Origin: Candidatus Gottesmanbacteria bacterium
GTDB taxonomy: Bacteria > Patescibacteriota > Microgenomatia > JAMCYU01
Direction: 5' to 3'
DNA: 64,000 bases
Assembly (NCBI GenBank): GCA_043801155.1
Contig: JAZDMI010000021.1
Location: 2,683-66,682, forward strand
Below the pieces are notes generated by a model, which made no database searches, was not told the DNA's origin, and saw only the letters and a list, made by a program, of their open reading frames with translations. A program made the translations under genes and the position numbers. This document shows, piece by piece, positions 27,627 through 36,646 of this stretch; the first letter of the stretch is position 1; each line of letters begins with the position of its first letter.

Positions 27627-29099
27627 TTTGAACAATCATTTAAAAATATTGATGATATTCTTCACCGGGATGCCGGATGCGCCACGGAATTAGATTATAT
27701 AGAACAAACTTCATGGATTCTATTCTTGAAATACCTTGATGATTTAGAGGAAACAAAAAGGAAAGAAGCGGTTTTAAAAAATAGACAATATGAATATATT
27801 ATTGCTCCTGAATTTCGCTGGAGCGCTTGGGCGGAACCAAAAACGAAAGATGGCAAATTAGATATGAATAAGGCGTTAACCGGAGACGATCTAAGAGACT
27901 TTGTAAATTTAAAACTTTTTCCATATCTTAAGAAATTTAAAATCGACAATAACGAGAATCAAACAACTATTGAATATAAAATTGGAGAAATTTTCAGTGA
28001 GCTAAAAAACAGGATTGAAAGCGGATACAGACTTCGTGAAATTCTTAACATTGTAGATACGATGCATTTTCGAACCGATAGCGATAAACACGAACTCTCA
28101 CATCTTTATGAAGCTAAAATTAAGAACATGGGAAATGCCGGACGAAACGGCGGAGAATATTACACTCCTCGTCCGCTTATTAAAACGATAGTTAAGGTGG
28201 TAATCCCAAAGATTGGCGATACTATATATGATGGAGCCTGCGGATCTGCCGGATTTCTAGTAGAGTCTTTTGATTATCTTAAACAAAGTAAAGAATTATC
28301 TACCTCAGAATCCGTAAAGCTACAAAATAATACTTTTTACGGTAAGGAAATAAAATCACTTGCATATATTATCGGTGTTATGAATATGATTCTTCATGGT
28401 ATTGAAGCGCCGAATATTCTCCATACAAATACGCTTGCTCAAAACATCAATGATATCGAGGAAAAAGATCGGGTTGACGTAATCCTTACGAATCCGCCAT
28501 TTGGTGCAGGAATAGGTCGGGAAATTCAGCAAAATTTTCCGATAAAAACCGGCGAGACGGCATATCTTTTCCTCCAACACTTTATCAAAATGCTCAAAGC
28601 CGGAGGAAAAGCCGGAGTGGTGATTAAAAATACTTTTCTTTCTAATACTGATAACGCATCCGCTTCGCTTCGTAAACGTCTTCTTGAGAGTTGTAATCTT
28701 CACACCGTGCTTGATTTGCCTGGCGGCGTCTTTACGGGAGCAGGTGTAAAAACCGTGGTATTGTTTTTTGAAAAAGGCTCGCCAACCAAAAAAGTATGGT
28801 TCTATCAGTTAAACCTTGACCGCAATCTAGGCAAAGGTAATCCCTTAAGCGAAGCGGATCTATCAGAATTCGTCGAACTGCAAAAAACCAAAGCAGGTAG
28901 CAAAAATTCTTGGAGCGTAGACATAAAAGATATTAATCAAACAACATTTGATTTATCGGTAAAGAATCCAAACAAAGGGAGAGAAGTAACCCTACGCGAA
29001 CCGAAAGAGATTTTGGAGGGAATGAGGAAGCTAGACAAGGAAAGTGAAAATACATTTAAGATTATTAAAAACATATTAAATACTGGAATAAATGAATAA
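27624..29099 (+). CDS. hsdM: type I restriction-modification system, DNA methyltransferase subunit M
   Basis: HsdM N-terminal domain, YYTPR, DGACGSAGFL, NPPFG. Confidence 0.9.
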   Translation: MFEQSFKNIDDILHRDAGCATELDYIEQTSWILFLKYLDDLEETKRKEAVLKNRQYEYIIAPEFRWSAWAEPKTKDGKLDMNKALTGDDLRDFVNLKLFPYLKKFKIDNNENQTTIEYKIGEIFSELKNRIESGYRLREILNIVDTMHFRTDSDKHELSHLYEAKIKNMGNAGRNGGEYYTPRPLIKTIVKVVIPKIGDTIYDGACGSAGFLVESFDYLKQSKELSTSESVKLQNNTFYGKEIKSLAYIIGVMNMILHGIEAPNILHTNTLAQNINDIEEKDRVDVILTNPPFGAGIGREIQQNFPIKTGETAYLFLQHFIKMLKAGGKAGVVIKNTFLSNTDNASASLRKRLLESCNLHTVLDLPGGVFTGAGVKTVVLFFEKGSPTKKVWFYQLNLDRNLGKGNPLSEADLSEFVELQKTKAGSKNSWSVDIKDINQTTFDLSVKNPNKGREVTLREPKEILEGMRKLDKESENTFKIIKNILNTGINE

Positions 29100-29730
29100 T
29101 TTATTAGCCTTGTTAGAGAAATATCAGACCCAAAATATTATCGCCGTCATAGCTTTAATATTGGCTTATTTAGCGTACAGAAAATCGGTTATTGATGAGT
29201 ATAGGAGTTGGTTGGATCTGGCAAAATCTTTCCAACACGAATTGAATTACGCAAAATATTGGATAGGAAATAGTTATGAAAAGATGATGAGTATAGATTG
29301 GTCGAATCCCTCCAGATTTGTTTATCCTCTTACCGCCGAAGCCGCGAAAGCGTTAATTTGGAAAGGACATCCGCCAAAGAGAATATTCCCAGATGATTTT
29401 TTTGATAAATTAGCTATATATAACGAACGTATTCAGGCATTTAACCATTTTTTAATGATTCAAGGAATCAATTATGTAGTGGCGGAAGTTGATAATAAAA
29501 ATGAAAAAATTTCAGAAAAAGCAAAGCATATTAATTATATCATCCATAATGATCTTATAGGTAGCCAGGATAATTATCACTTACACAATCTTTATAATTA
29601 TTTTAGTTGTCAATTGAAAATGATTGAAAAAGCAGATCTTTTGCTGATTCCATGGTATTTTAAATATCCTGAACGAATAGTTCTTGCTACTATTTTTATT
29701 TATATTATAGTTGATTATTTTATTCAGTGA
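29092..29730 (+). CDS. hypothetical membrane protein embedded between hsdM and hsdS
   Basis: 8-nt overlap with hsdM and GTGA overlap with hsdS. TM helices at both termini. I recognise no motif. Confidence 0.55.
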   Translation: MNNLLALLEKYQTQNIIAVIALILAYLAYRKSVIDEYRSWLDLAKSFQHELNYAKYWIGNSYEKMMSIDWSNPSRFVYPLTAEAAKALIWKGHPPKRIFPDDFFDKLAIYNERIQAFNHFLMIQGINYVVAEVDNKNEKISEKAKHINYIIHNDLIGSQDNYHLHNLYNYFSCQLKMIEKADLLLIPWYFKYPERIVLATIFIYIIVDYFIQ

Positions 29731-30884
29731 TTATGAAAACCAACTGGCAAACAAAAAAACTCGAAGATGTAGCAAATGTTCATGGTGGTGGTACTCCACC
29801 AACCAGTCACCCAGAATATTTTCAAGGAAATATAAATTGGTATTCTCCAACTGAGATACCTAAATTCGAAGTTACAACGCTCAAAGAAAGTCAGAAAAAA
29901 ATTTCCGATTCTGCAATAAAATTTACTACTATTTCAAGAACAAATTCAGTCCTTTTAACAAGCAGAGCTACAATTGGTACGGTTGGTATTTTGTCAACTG
30001 CTTCCGGATATAGTCAGGGCATAAAAGGAATCGAACCGGGTCCCGAACTAGACTCGTGGTATCTAGCGCATTGGTTGAGATCAAATAAAGATGAGATTAT
30101 TAATAAGGCTTCTGGTACAACCTTTAAGGAAATTAGTACAAGTGAAATAAAAAAGCTAGAAATTCCTATCCCTCCAATTGCTCAGCAAAAGAAAATTGTT
30201 AATTCCATAGAGAATATCTTGGGAAAAATTGAAAAGGCAAAAGAGAATACAGAGAAAAATCTGCAAAACGCCAAAGCTCTTTTTGAATCATATTTACAAA
30301 GTATTTTTGCGAATCCAGGAAAAGATTGGGAAGAGAAAAGATTAGGTGATGTTTGTATGGTCATTGCTGGTCAATCACCGGAAGGAAAATTCTATAACAA
30401 ATCGGGTAGGGGTTTACCTTTCTATCAGGGAAAAAAAGAATTTGAAGAAAGATATCTTGGGAAACCAACAACATGGACAACAGACATTACCAAAGAGGCG
30501 CAAAATGGTGATATTTTAATGTCAGTTCGAGCCCCTGTGGGACCTATTAATTTTGCAACTCAAAAAATTTGCATCGGTCGGGGTCTTACCGCAATTCGAG
30601 CCGGAAAAGATATTGATGAAAACTTTTTATTTTATAATTTACTCTCAAAAGAAAAAGAAATCATTGGTAATGCCGGAGCTGTATTTGCATCAATCAATAA
30701 ATCCGACATTGAGAGTTTAAAATTATTTTTACCATCTCTTCCCGAACAAAAATCTATTGATATAAAACTTGACACAATTTATGCCGAAACAAAAAAACTG
30801 GAAGCAATTTATAAACAAAAATTAGCTGATTTAGAAGAGCTAAAAAAATCGGTTTTGAGAAAAGCATTTAAAGGAGAATTGTAA
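29727..30884 (+). CDS. hsdS: type I restriction-modification system, specificity subunit S
   Basis: Two target-recognition halves separated by coiled-coil spacers (IAQQKKIV..., LPEQKSI...). 385 aa. Confidence 0.85.
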   Translation: MIMKTNWQTKKLEDVANVHGGGTPPTSHPEYFQGNINWYSPTEIPKFEVTTLKESQKKISDSAIKFTTISRTNSVLLTSRATIGTVGILSTASGYSQGIKGIEPGPELDSWYLAHWLRSNKDEIINKASGTTFKEISTSEIKKLEIPIPPIAQQKKIVNSIENILGKIEKAKENTEKNLQNAKALFESYLQSIFANPGKDWEEKRLGDVCMVIAGQSPEGKFYNKSGRGLPFYQGKKEFEERYLGKPTTWTTDITKEAQNGDILMSVRAPVGPINFATQKICIGRGLTAIRAGKDIDENFLFYNLLSKEKEIIGNAGAVFASINKSDIESLKLFLPSLPEQKSIDIKLDTIYAETKKLEAIYKQKLADLEELKKSVLRKAFKGEL

Positions 30885-30886
30885 TT

Positions 30887-31606
30887 ATGAAATATATAAA
30901 AAAGCTTAATATGGTTTGTTTTAACTTACTGGAACTGAAGACGCTATATAAGACTGACAAAGTAATAAAAATTCTTATAGAAGCAAATAAAACAAGGTGT
31001 AATATCGTTAATTCATCTAAAGAACAATCTAAAAAGATCGTAGATTCAGTCGTGAAAGGAGATTTAAAACAAAAGGAGGAAATTGAAATATTCTCGGCGT
31101 TAAGCTTATGTGCCTTATTTTTCGAGAATGATAGTTTTATAGGTTTCGTTTTGAAGGACGGCTATGATGTAGGAAAAAACCCAATACAAACATTAGAAGG
31201 TTTGAAAAAGGCTGCGAAAGAAGATACTCTTACTGATTTTGCAATTATCACCAAAAGTGGAATGCGAGAATTTCAGCTAAAACAATTTTATAGACAAAAA
31301 CTGGAGACGGAAGACCTTTTTAACTTTATAAAAGAAAAAATTGAACATTATGGTGGTAATTTTGGTACCACTGCTTTGTTATTCTCGGTTAGAGGTGATG
31401 GAATAGGACCTTGTCAAAGCAATATTTCTTTTAAAGAAATTCACGAGAGGCTTTGCAAACTTAATTTAGACAGAAATGGATTAATTTTGATTTGGTATAA
31501 TGATGGCAACAAAAAACAGGTGATAATTGAAGTTTATCCTGATTTATCGGCATGCCAAAAAGAAACAGGTATTCACGATCAAACAAAAAATACCCTATAT
31601 AATTAG
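30887..31606 (+). CDS. hypothetical protein embedded between hsdS and hsdR (weak D...QxK nuclease-like pattern)
   Basis: 2-nt gap after hsdS. TDFAIITKSGMREFQLK resembles D-x13-Q-x-K of the Mrr-type PD-(D/E)xK motif. This is speculative. Confidence 0.5.
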   Translation: MKYIKKLNMVCFNLLELKTLYKTDKVIKILIEANKTRCNIVNSSKEQSKKIVDSVVKGDLKQKEEIEIFSALSLCALFFENDSFIGFVLKDGYDVGKNPIQTLEGLKKAAKEDTLTDFAIITKSGMREFQLKQFYRQKLETEDLFNFIKEKIEHYGGNFGTTALLFSVRGDGIGPCQSNISFKEIHERLCKLNLDRNGLILIWYNDGNKKQVIIEVYPDLSACQKETGIHDQTKNTLYN

Positions 31607-31617
31607 ATCTAAAAATT

Positions 31618-33972
31618 ATGAACGAAGCAGAAACACGAGCCGAATATATTGATCCAAAACTGAAAGCTAGCGGTTGGGGAGAAGTTGAGGGATCAAAAGT
31701 ATTACGGGAATATCGTATCACCGAAGGACGGATTTTGGTTGGTGGAATACGTGCTAAACCGGAAATTGCTGATTATATCCTCGTATACAAAAACCAAAAA
31801 CTGGCAATTATTGAAGCAAAGCCGGATGAATCTGCCGTTACAGAGGGTGTCGCTCAAGCAAAAGTCTACGCCCAGAAGATGCAGATTGATTATACCTACT
31901 CAACCAACGGTAAAGAAATTTATCAAATTTCCATGAAATCCGGGAAAGAAGAGATTGTAGATGCGTTTTCGACCCCGGATGAGTTATGGAAAAAAGTGTA
32001 TTCAGATCAAAATGAATGGAAAGAGAAATTTGCTTCAATTCCTCTTGAGGGAGAATTAGGGAAACGATACTACCAGGAATCAGCCATTAATAACGTTATG
32101 AATGCGATTGCTGAAGATAAGAAACGAGTGCTACTTACTATGGCAACAGGAACCGGTAAGACAGCGATTGCATTTCAGACCTCTTGGAAGCTATATCAAA
32201 CGCGTTGGACTTTACAACGTGATGGAAATCGGCGTCCGAGAATTCTTTTTCTTGCCGATAGAAATATTCTTGCGGATCAAGCGTTTAATACCTTCGGTGC
32301 TTTTCCGGAAGATGCATTAGTTCGAATTAATCCTCTTGATATTCGGAGGAAGGGATTAGTTCCGATGAACGGAAGTATCTTTTTCACTATTTTTCAAACA
32401 TTTATGAGCGGACCGCAGGGAACACCTTATTTTGGTGATTATCCTCCTGATTTTTTTGATTTTATTGTCATTGATGAATGTCATCGTGGAGGAGCTAATG
32501 ATGAGGGAAACTGGCGCGGAATTTTAGAGTATTTTTCTCCAGCAGTTCAGCTTGGATTAACGGCCACACCAAAAAGAAGAGATAACGTAGATACATATAG
32601 ATATTTTGGCGATCCGGTATATATTTATTCACTTAAGGAAGGGATTAATGATGGATTTTTGACACCTTTTAAGGTGAAACGTATCCAAACAACCCTTGAT
32701 GAATATGTGTACACATCTGACGACCAAGTAATTGAAGGAGAAGTTGAAGCCGGTAAGGTATATAAAGAGCCTGATTTTAATAAAATCATAGAAATAAAAG
32801 AGCGCGAGGCAAAACGAGTTCAATTGTTGCTTGAGAATATAAACCAGAACGAGAAAACAATTGTTTTTTGTGCAACCCAGGATCATGCCCTAGCGGTACG
32901 GGATCTGGTAAATCAATATAAAAAAAGTAAAGATCCTTTTTACTGCGTCCGGGTAACGGCTAATGACGGAGCGCGTGGCGAGCAATATTTACGAGAATTT
33001 CAGGATAATGAAAAGACGATTCCTACGATATTAACCACTTCACAAAAGCTTTCTACTGGTGTTGATGCCAGAAATATCCGTAATATCGTTCTTATGCGTC
33101 CGGTTAATACCATGATCGAATTTAAACAGATTATTGGGCGTGGAACTCGGTTATTTGACGGAAAAGAATATTTTACAATCATTGATTTTGTTGATGCGTA
33201 TAAACTTTTTTTAGATCCTGAATGGGACGGCGAACCGATAGCGAATATTTGCCCAAAGTGTAACCAGGATCCCTGTATTTGCGAAAAAACTCCGCCGAAA
33301 GTTTGTCCTATTTGCGGGCAAAGACCGTGTATTTGTATTAGAGAACCAAGAATTTGTCCAATATGTGGAAAATTCCCATGTGAATGTGAATCAAAAAAGA
33401 AAATAAAAATAAAACTGCGCGATGGCAAAGAGCGAGAGATTCAACATATGATTTCTACTTCTTTTTGGGGGGCAGATGGTAAACCGATGTCGTCGGAGGA
33501 GTTTATTCAAAGCCTTTATGGAGTATTGCCGGATCTGTTTAAAAACGAAGAGGAACTTCGGAATATATGGTCAAATCCTGTGACAAGGAAACGATTTTTG
33601 GAACGGCTTTTTGATATTGGCATTGATTTAGAACAGATAGAAAATATTACCAAGATTGTTAATGCTGAACAATGTGATTTTTATGATGTGCTCTTGTATC
33701 TTGCATTTAGCAATCCACTCATTACACGTAAACAGCGGGCTGAGAAGAATAAAAATCATATTTTTGAAAATTTGTCTGATAAAGAAGGAGAATTTCTCAA
33801 CTTCGTACTGAAAAAATATGAAGAAACCGGATTTGAAGAACTTGACGAGGAGAAATTACCAATACTTCTGAATCTAAAATACCACGCTATTGCAGACGCA
33901 GAAGAAGCACTAGGAAATGTAGAAAATATTAGAGCAACATTCTTAGGATTTCAGGAAGATCTCTATAGCTAG
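31618..33972 (+). CDS. hsdR: type I restriction enzyme, R subunit (EcoEI/IB-like C-terminal region)
   Basis: HSDR_N-like MNEAETRAEYIDPKL, D..EAK nuclease core, MATGTGKT, DECHRG, C-terminal EcoEI_R_C-like region. Three CPxC-x3-PCxC repeats. Confidence 0.9.
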   Translation: MNEAETRAEYIDPKLKASGWGEVEGSKVLREYRITEGRILVGGIRAKPEIADYILVYKNQKLAIIEAKPDESAVTEGVAQAKVYAQKMQIDYTYSTNGKEIYQISMKSGKEEIVDAFSTPDELWKKVYSDQNEWKEKFASIPLEGELGKRYYQESAINNVMNAIAEDKKRVLLTMATGTGKTAIAFQTSWKLYQTRWTLQRDGNRRPRILFLADRNILADQAFNTFGAFPEDALVRINPLDIRRKGLVPMNGSIFFTIFQTFMSGPQGTPYFGDYPPDFFDFIVIDECHRGGANDEGNWRGILEYFSPAVQLGLTATPKRRDNVDTYRYFGDPVYIYSLKEGINDGFLTPFKVKRIQTTLDEYVYTSDDQVIEGEVEAGKVYKEPDFNKIIEIKEREAKRVQLLLENINQNEKTIVFCATQDHALAVRDLVNQYKKSKDPFYCVRVTANDGARGEQYLREFQDNEKTIPTILTTSQKLSTGVDARNIRNIVLMRPVNTMIEFKQIIGRGTRLFDGKEYFTIIDFVDAYKLFLDPEWDGEPIANICPKCNQDPCICEKTPPKVCPICGQRPCICIREPRICPICGKFPCECESKKKIKIKLRDGKEREIQHMISTSFWGADGKPMSSEEFIQSLYGVLPDLFKNEEELRNIWSNPVTRKRFLERLFDIGIDLEQIENITKIVNAEQCDFYDVLLYLAFSNPLITRKQRAEKNKNHIFENLSDKEGEFLNFVLKKYEETGFEELDEEKLPILLNLKYHAIADAEEALGNVENIRATFLGFQEDLYS

Positions 33973-33976
33973 TTTT

Positions 33977-34005
33977 TTGCATTTTCTGTCCTTCCTAATT
34001 CAATC
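33977..34005 (+). promoter_or_regulatory. promoter-like module J1 (TTGCATTTTCTG class, weak -10)
   Basis: TTGCAT at 33977-33982. No good -10 at N17. Confidence 0.35.
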
Positions 34006-34036
34006 AATTTTTATTATGGCTTTTAATTAGAATTAG

Positions 34037-34110
34037 TGTTATAATAATAGTGGTTTAAGCGGTCTGCGTTTGGCAGACGACTATTGCAGCCTATCAGGGC
34101 TGCTTTTTTT
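34037..34110 (+). ncRNA. candidate small RNA or attenuator leader (extended -10 promoter, two hairpins, terminator)
   Basis: TGtTATAAT at 34037-34045. GTCTGC/GCAGAC hairpin at 34062-34078. GCAGCC-tatcag-GGCTGC plus T7 at 34086-34110. The RBS and ATG of the next ORF follow directly. Confidence 0.4.
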
Positions 34111-34130
34111 ATGGAAGGAGGTGAAAAAAG

Positions 34131-34430
34131 ATGCAAATTGATAAAGATAAATCAACTTATGTTCTTCCGTATCAGGTAATAATTCTTGATGCGACTGATG
34201 CTTATTACTATGCAGATATAATGGATAATATGAAACTCTTTGATGAGACAGATTCATTATCTTTAGCAGAGAAATTGGCCGATGCTCTATTTATTGTATA
34301 TAACTATAAATGGAACAGTCTGGAAGAAATGAATAAGGTTGACGGAGGATATGATATAAGAGTTTATGATCAAAAATATTCTTGTGTCTATGCAGCTCAT
34401 AAGAAATATCTGAATAAATGGATAATCTAA
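34131..34430 (+). CDS. hypothetical protein
   Basis: GGAAGGAGGTG RBS. 99 aa. Confidence 0.55.
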   Translation: MQIDKDKSTYVLPYQVIILDATDAYYYADIMDNMKLFDETDSLSLAEKLADALFIVYNYKWNSLEEMNKVDGGYDIRVYDQKYSCVYAAHKKYLNKWII

Positions 34431-34458
34431 CTGGTAAATAAAAGGATAAAATAAAAAT

Positions 34459-34902
34459 ATGAAAAAAAGTTACAGCGCCGGAGGATTGGTGGTTAATAAA
34501 TATGGTCAGATATTGGTTGTCAACCAATACGGAAACTCATGGTCATTACCTAAAGGGCATATTGAACCCGGAGAAGATATTTTGACTACGGCAAAAAGAG
34601 AAATCACCGAAGAATCCGGGATAACTGATCTAAAGTTAATAAAAGAGTTAGGGTCTTACGAAAGGCCGAGACTCGGATTAGACCCAAGAAATAATGACAT
34701 CTCGAAAGTAAAAAATATAACTCTTTTTCTATTTGTAACAGATCAACTCGAGACAAAACCTCAAGATTTAGACAATCCCGAGGCTATTTGGCTTAAACCA
34801 AGAAAAGCAGTTGGACGTCTGACGAGCAAGAAAGACAAGGAGTTTCTTCAAAAAAGTCTACGTTTGATAGATCTTAAAAAATTAATTAGCTTCACACCTT
34901 AA
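34459..34902 (+). CDS. NUDIX hydrolase
   Basis: Nudix box GHIEPGEDILTTAKREITEESGI. Confidence 0.85.
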   Translation: MKKSYSAGGLVVNKYGQILVVNQYGNSWSLPKGHIEPGEDILTTAKREITEESGITDLKLIKELGSYERPRLGLDPRNNDISKVKNITLFLFVTDQLETKPQDLDNPEAIWLKPRKAVGRLTSKKDKEFLQKSLRLIDLKKLISFTP

Positions 34903-34931
34903 AGGTGGACTAGGTTCACACCTTCTTCCTT

Positions 34932-34960
34932 TTGCCTTTTTGGGACGGCTGATTTAAATC
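34932..34960 (+). promoter_or_regulatory. promoter-like module J2a
   Basis: TTGCCT-TTTTGGGACGGCTGATT-TAAATC. Confidence 0.5.
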
Positions 34961-34966
34961 ACATTT

Positions 34967-34995
34967 TTGCATTTTCGTTTCTTCTGACCTAAACT
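34967..34995 (+). promoter_or_regulatory. promoter-like module J2b
   Basis: TTGCAT-N17-TAAACT, 10 nt before ATG 35006. Confidence 0.6.
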
Positions 34996-35005
34996 TCAAG
35001 TAGAT

Positions 35006-35242
35006 ATGAATAGTCACGTAAGGTTTATAAAGGCAATTAATATCTGCCTTAAATATGACGAAATAAACACCCATTTACTTCAAAGAAAATTAATGATCGG
35101 TTATTCTACCGCACATATAATTTTCAAGAAACTAAAGGAATTAAAAGTTATAACCGGAGAAAAATATATCTATAATCCCTTTGGAAAAGTTAAAGTTGGA
35201 ACAGTTGACAAAAAGACTGCCAGGTTTTATTTAGTCAACTAA
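35006..35242 (+). CDS. stand-alone FtsK-gamma-like winged-helix protein
   Basis: INTHLLQRKLMIGYSTAHIIFKKLKELKVI resembles the FtsK gamma motif (LLQRRLRIGYNRAARLI). Confidence 0.55.
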   Translation: MNSHVRFIKAINICLKYDEINTHLLQRKLMIGYSTAHIIFKKLKELKVITGEKYIYNPFGKVKVGTVDKKTARFYLVN

Positions 35243-35260
35243 TAAATTTTGTAAATTTCT

Positions 35261-35289
35261 TTGCCTTTTTGAGTATGATGATCTAAACT
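35261..35289 (+). promoter_or_regulatory. promoter-like module J3
   Basis: TTGCCT-N17-TAAACT, 9 nt before GTG 35299. Confidence 0.6.
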
Positions 35290-35298
35290 GGGATTAGA

Positions 35299-35814
35299 GT
35301 GGATATTGATATTAGTGGTCTTTTCAGAAAATCTTTCATTGACTCCTTACCCACCTTATTTTATTTATTAATTCCAATAATAATAATTTCAGGTCTGGTT
35401 ATTGCCATAAAAATTGGTTATTATTTTTACCGCCAGCATATCTATAATAAGGCCGGGTTGGATAAAATTGATAAAATGCCCGGTTACGTTTTTGAAGAAT
35501 ACCTTACAAATCTGTTTGCCCGGTTAGGTTACAGAGTAAATCATATTGGTAAGTTTGGAGATTTTGGGGGAGATTTAATTATCGAAAAAGATGGAATGAA
35601 AACATTAGTTCAGGCGAAAAGATCAAGTGATAGAATAAGAGAGAAAGCAATTCAGGAAGCCGTAACTGCAAAAGAGTACTACCATTGTGATAAAGCTATG
35701 GTAGTTACTAATAATTATTTTTATAAACATGCGTGGACGTTGGGCAAGGGAACAAATATAGACTTATGGGCAAGAAATAAATTGGCTGAAGTTATCTCTC
35801 AGAATATAAATTAA
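35299..35814 (+). CDS. membrane-anchored Mrr-like restriction endonuclease domain protein
   Basis: N-terminal TM. FEEYLTNLFARLGY...GDFGGDLIIEKDGMKTLVQAKRS (D-x12-QAK, Mrr_cat-like). Confidence 0.7.
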   Translation: MDIDISGLFRKSFIDSLPTLFYLLIPIIIISGLVIAIKIGYYFYRQHIYNKAGLDKIDKMPGYVFEEYLTNLFARLGYRVNHIGKFGDFGGDLIIEKDGMKTLVQAKRSSDRIREKAIQEAVTAKEYYHCDKAMVVTNNYFYKHAWTLGKGTNIDLWARNKLAEVISQNIN

Positions 35815-35819
35815 TTCTT

Positions 35820-35848
35820 TTGCCTTTTTGGGTCTGCTGATTTAAACT
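35820..35848 (+). promoter_or_regulatory. promoter-like module J4
   Basis: TTGCCT-TTTTGGGTCTGCTGATT-TAAACT. Confidence 0.6.
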
Positions 35849-35867
35849 AATATTATAGGAATATTCA

Positions 35868-36584
35868 ATGATTAAAATTAATACCACATTTATTAATACT
35901 TCTTCTGATAATTCTTCAAAAGGTTCTCCGGGGAATATACAATTTAACTTTAAATCATCATATTCTTTTAACAACAAATTATTATTTCATTTAGATTTTA
36001 AAGATCCTTCTCTCTATTTGCTATTATTTACAAATTTATCAACTATTTATTTTGCCTATATAGAACACTGGAATCTTTTAACAGTGATGTGGATATACTG
36101 GTTCCAGAGTATAATCATTGGTTTATTCACGTTTGTTAGACTAATAAACTTGCGAAATTATAATTCTCGGGCAATCTCTTTTATTATTAGTTATGGAATA
36201 TTTCATATGGGATTTCTGGTTTTTCTATTGTTAGGATTTTTAGGCAATGCTACTAGGGGAATAGTCTCTGAATTTGGTTTTGTTTTGATGTCCGCCTTTT
36301 TATTTTTCGTCAACCACTTATTTTCTTATTTTTATAATAAAGATCGTGATCAGGAAGGATTTATTTTTCACAAAGATGTAGATAGAATAATCTCGATTTC
36401 ATATATGCGTATAATACCCATGCATATAATAATTATTCTCGGGCAAATTATAACTTCAATTTTTTTATCGGAGGCAAGATACACTCTTTTTCTCTTTTTA
36501 TTTTTAAAGACTTATGCTGATTTATATTCCCATACACTTAAGCATACATCTGCTGCTTCGCCAATAGATGTAAAGAATTCTTAA
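35868..36584 (+). CDS. hypothetical multi-pass membrane protein
   Basis: At least 5 hydrophobic helices. 238 aa. Confidence 0.55.
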   Translation: MIKINTTFINTSSDNSSKGSPGNIQFNFKSSYSFNNKLLFHLDFKDPSLYLLLFTNLSTIYFAYIEHWNLLTVMWIYWFQSIIIGLFTFVRLINLRNYNSRAISFIISYGIFHMGFLVFLLLGFLGNATRGIVSEFGFVLMSAFLFFVNHLFSYFYNKDRDQEGFIFHKDVDRIISISYMRIIPMHIIIILGQIITSIFLSEARYTLFLFLFLKTYADLYSHTLKHTSAASPIDVKNS

Positions 36585-36596
36585 ATTTTATAATTT

Positions 36597-36625
36597 TTGC
36601 ATTTTCTGCCATTTTGATCTAGACT
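36597..36625 (+). promoter_or_regulatory. promoter-like module J5
   Basis: TTGCAT-TTTCTGCCATTTTGATC-TAGACT. RBS AAGAGGA before ATG 36647. Confidence 0.6.
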
Positions 36626-36646
36626 TCGTAAACAAGAGGACCATAT

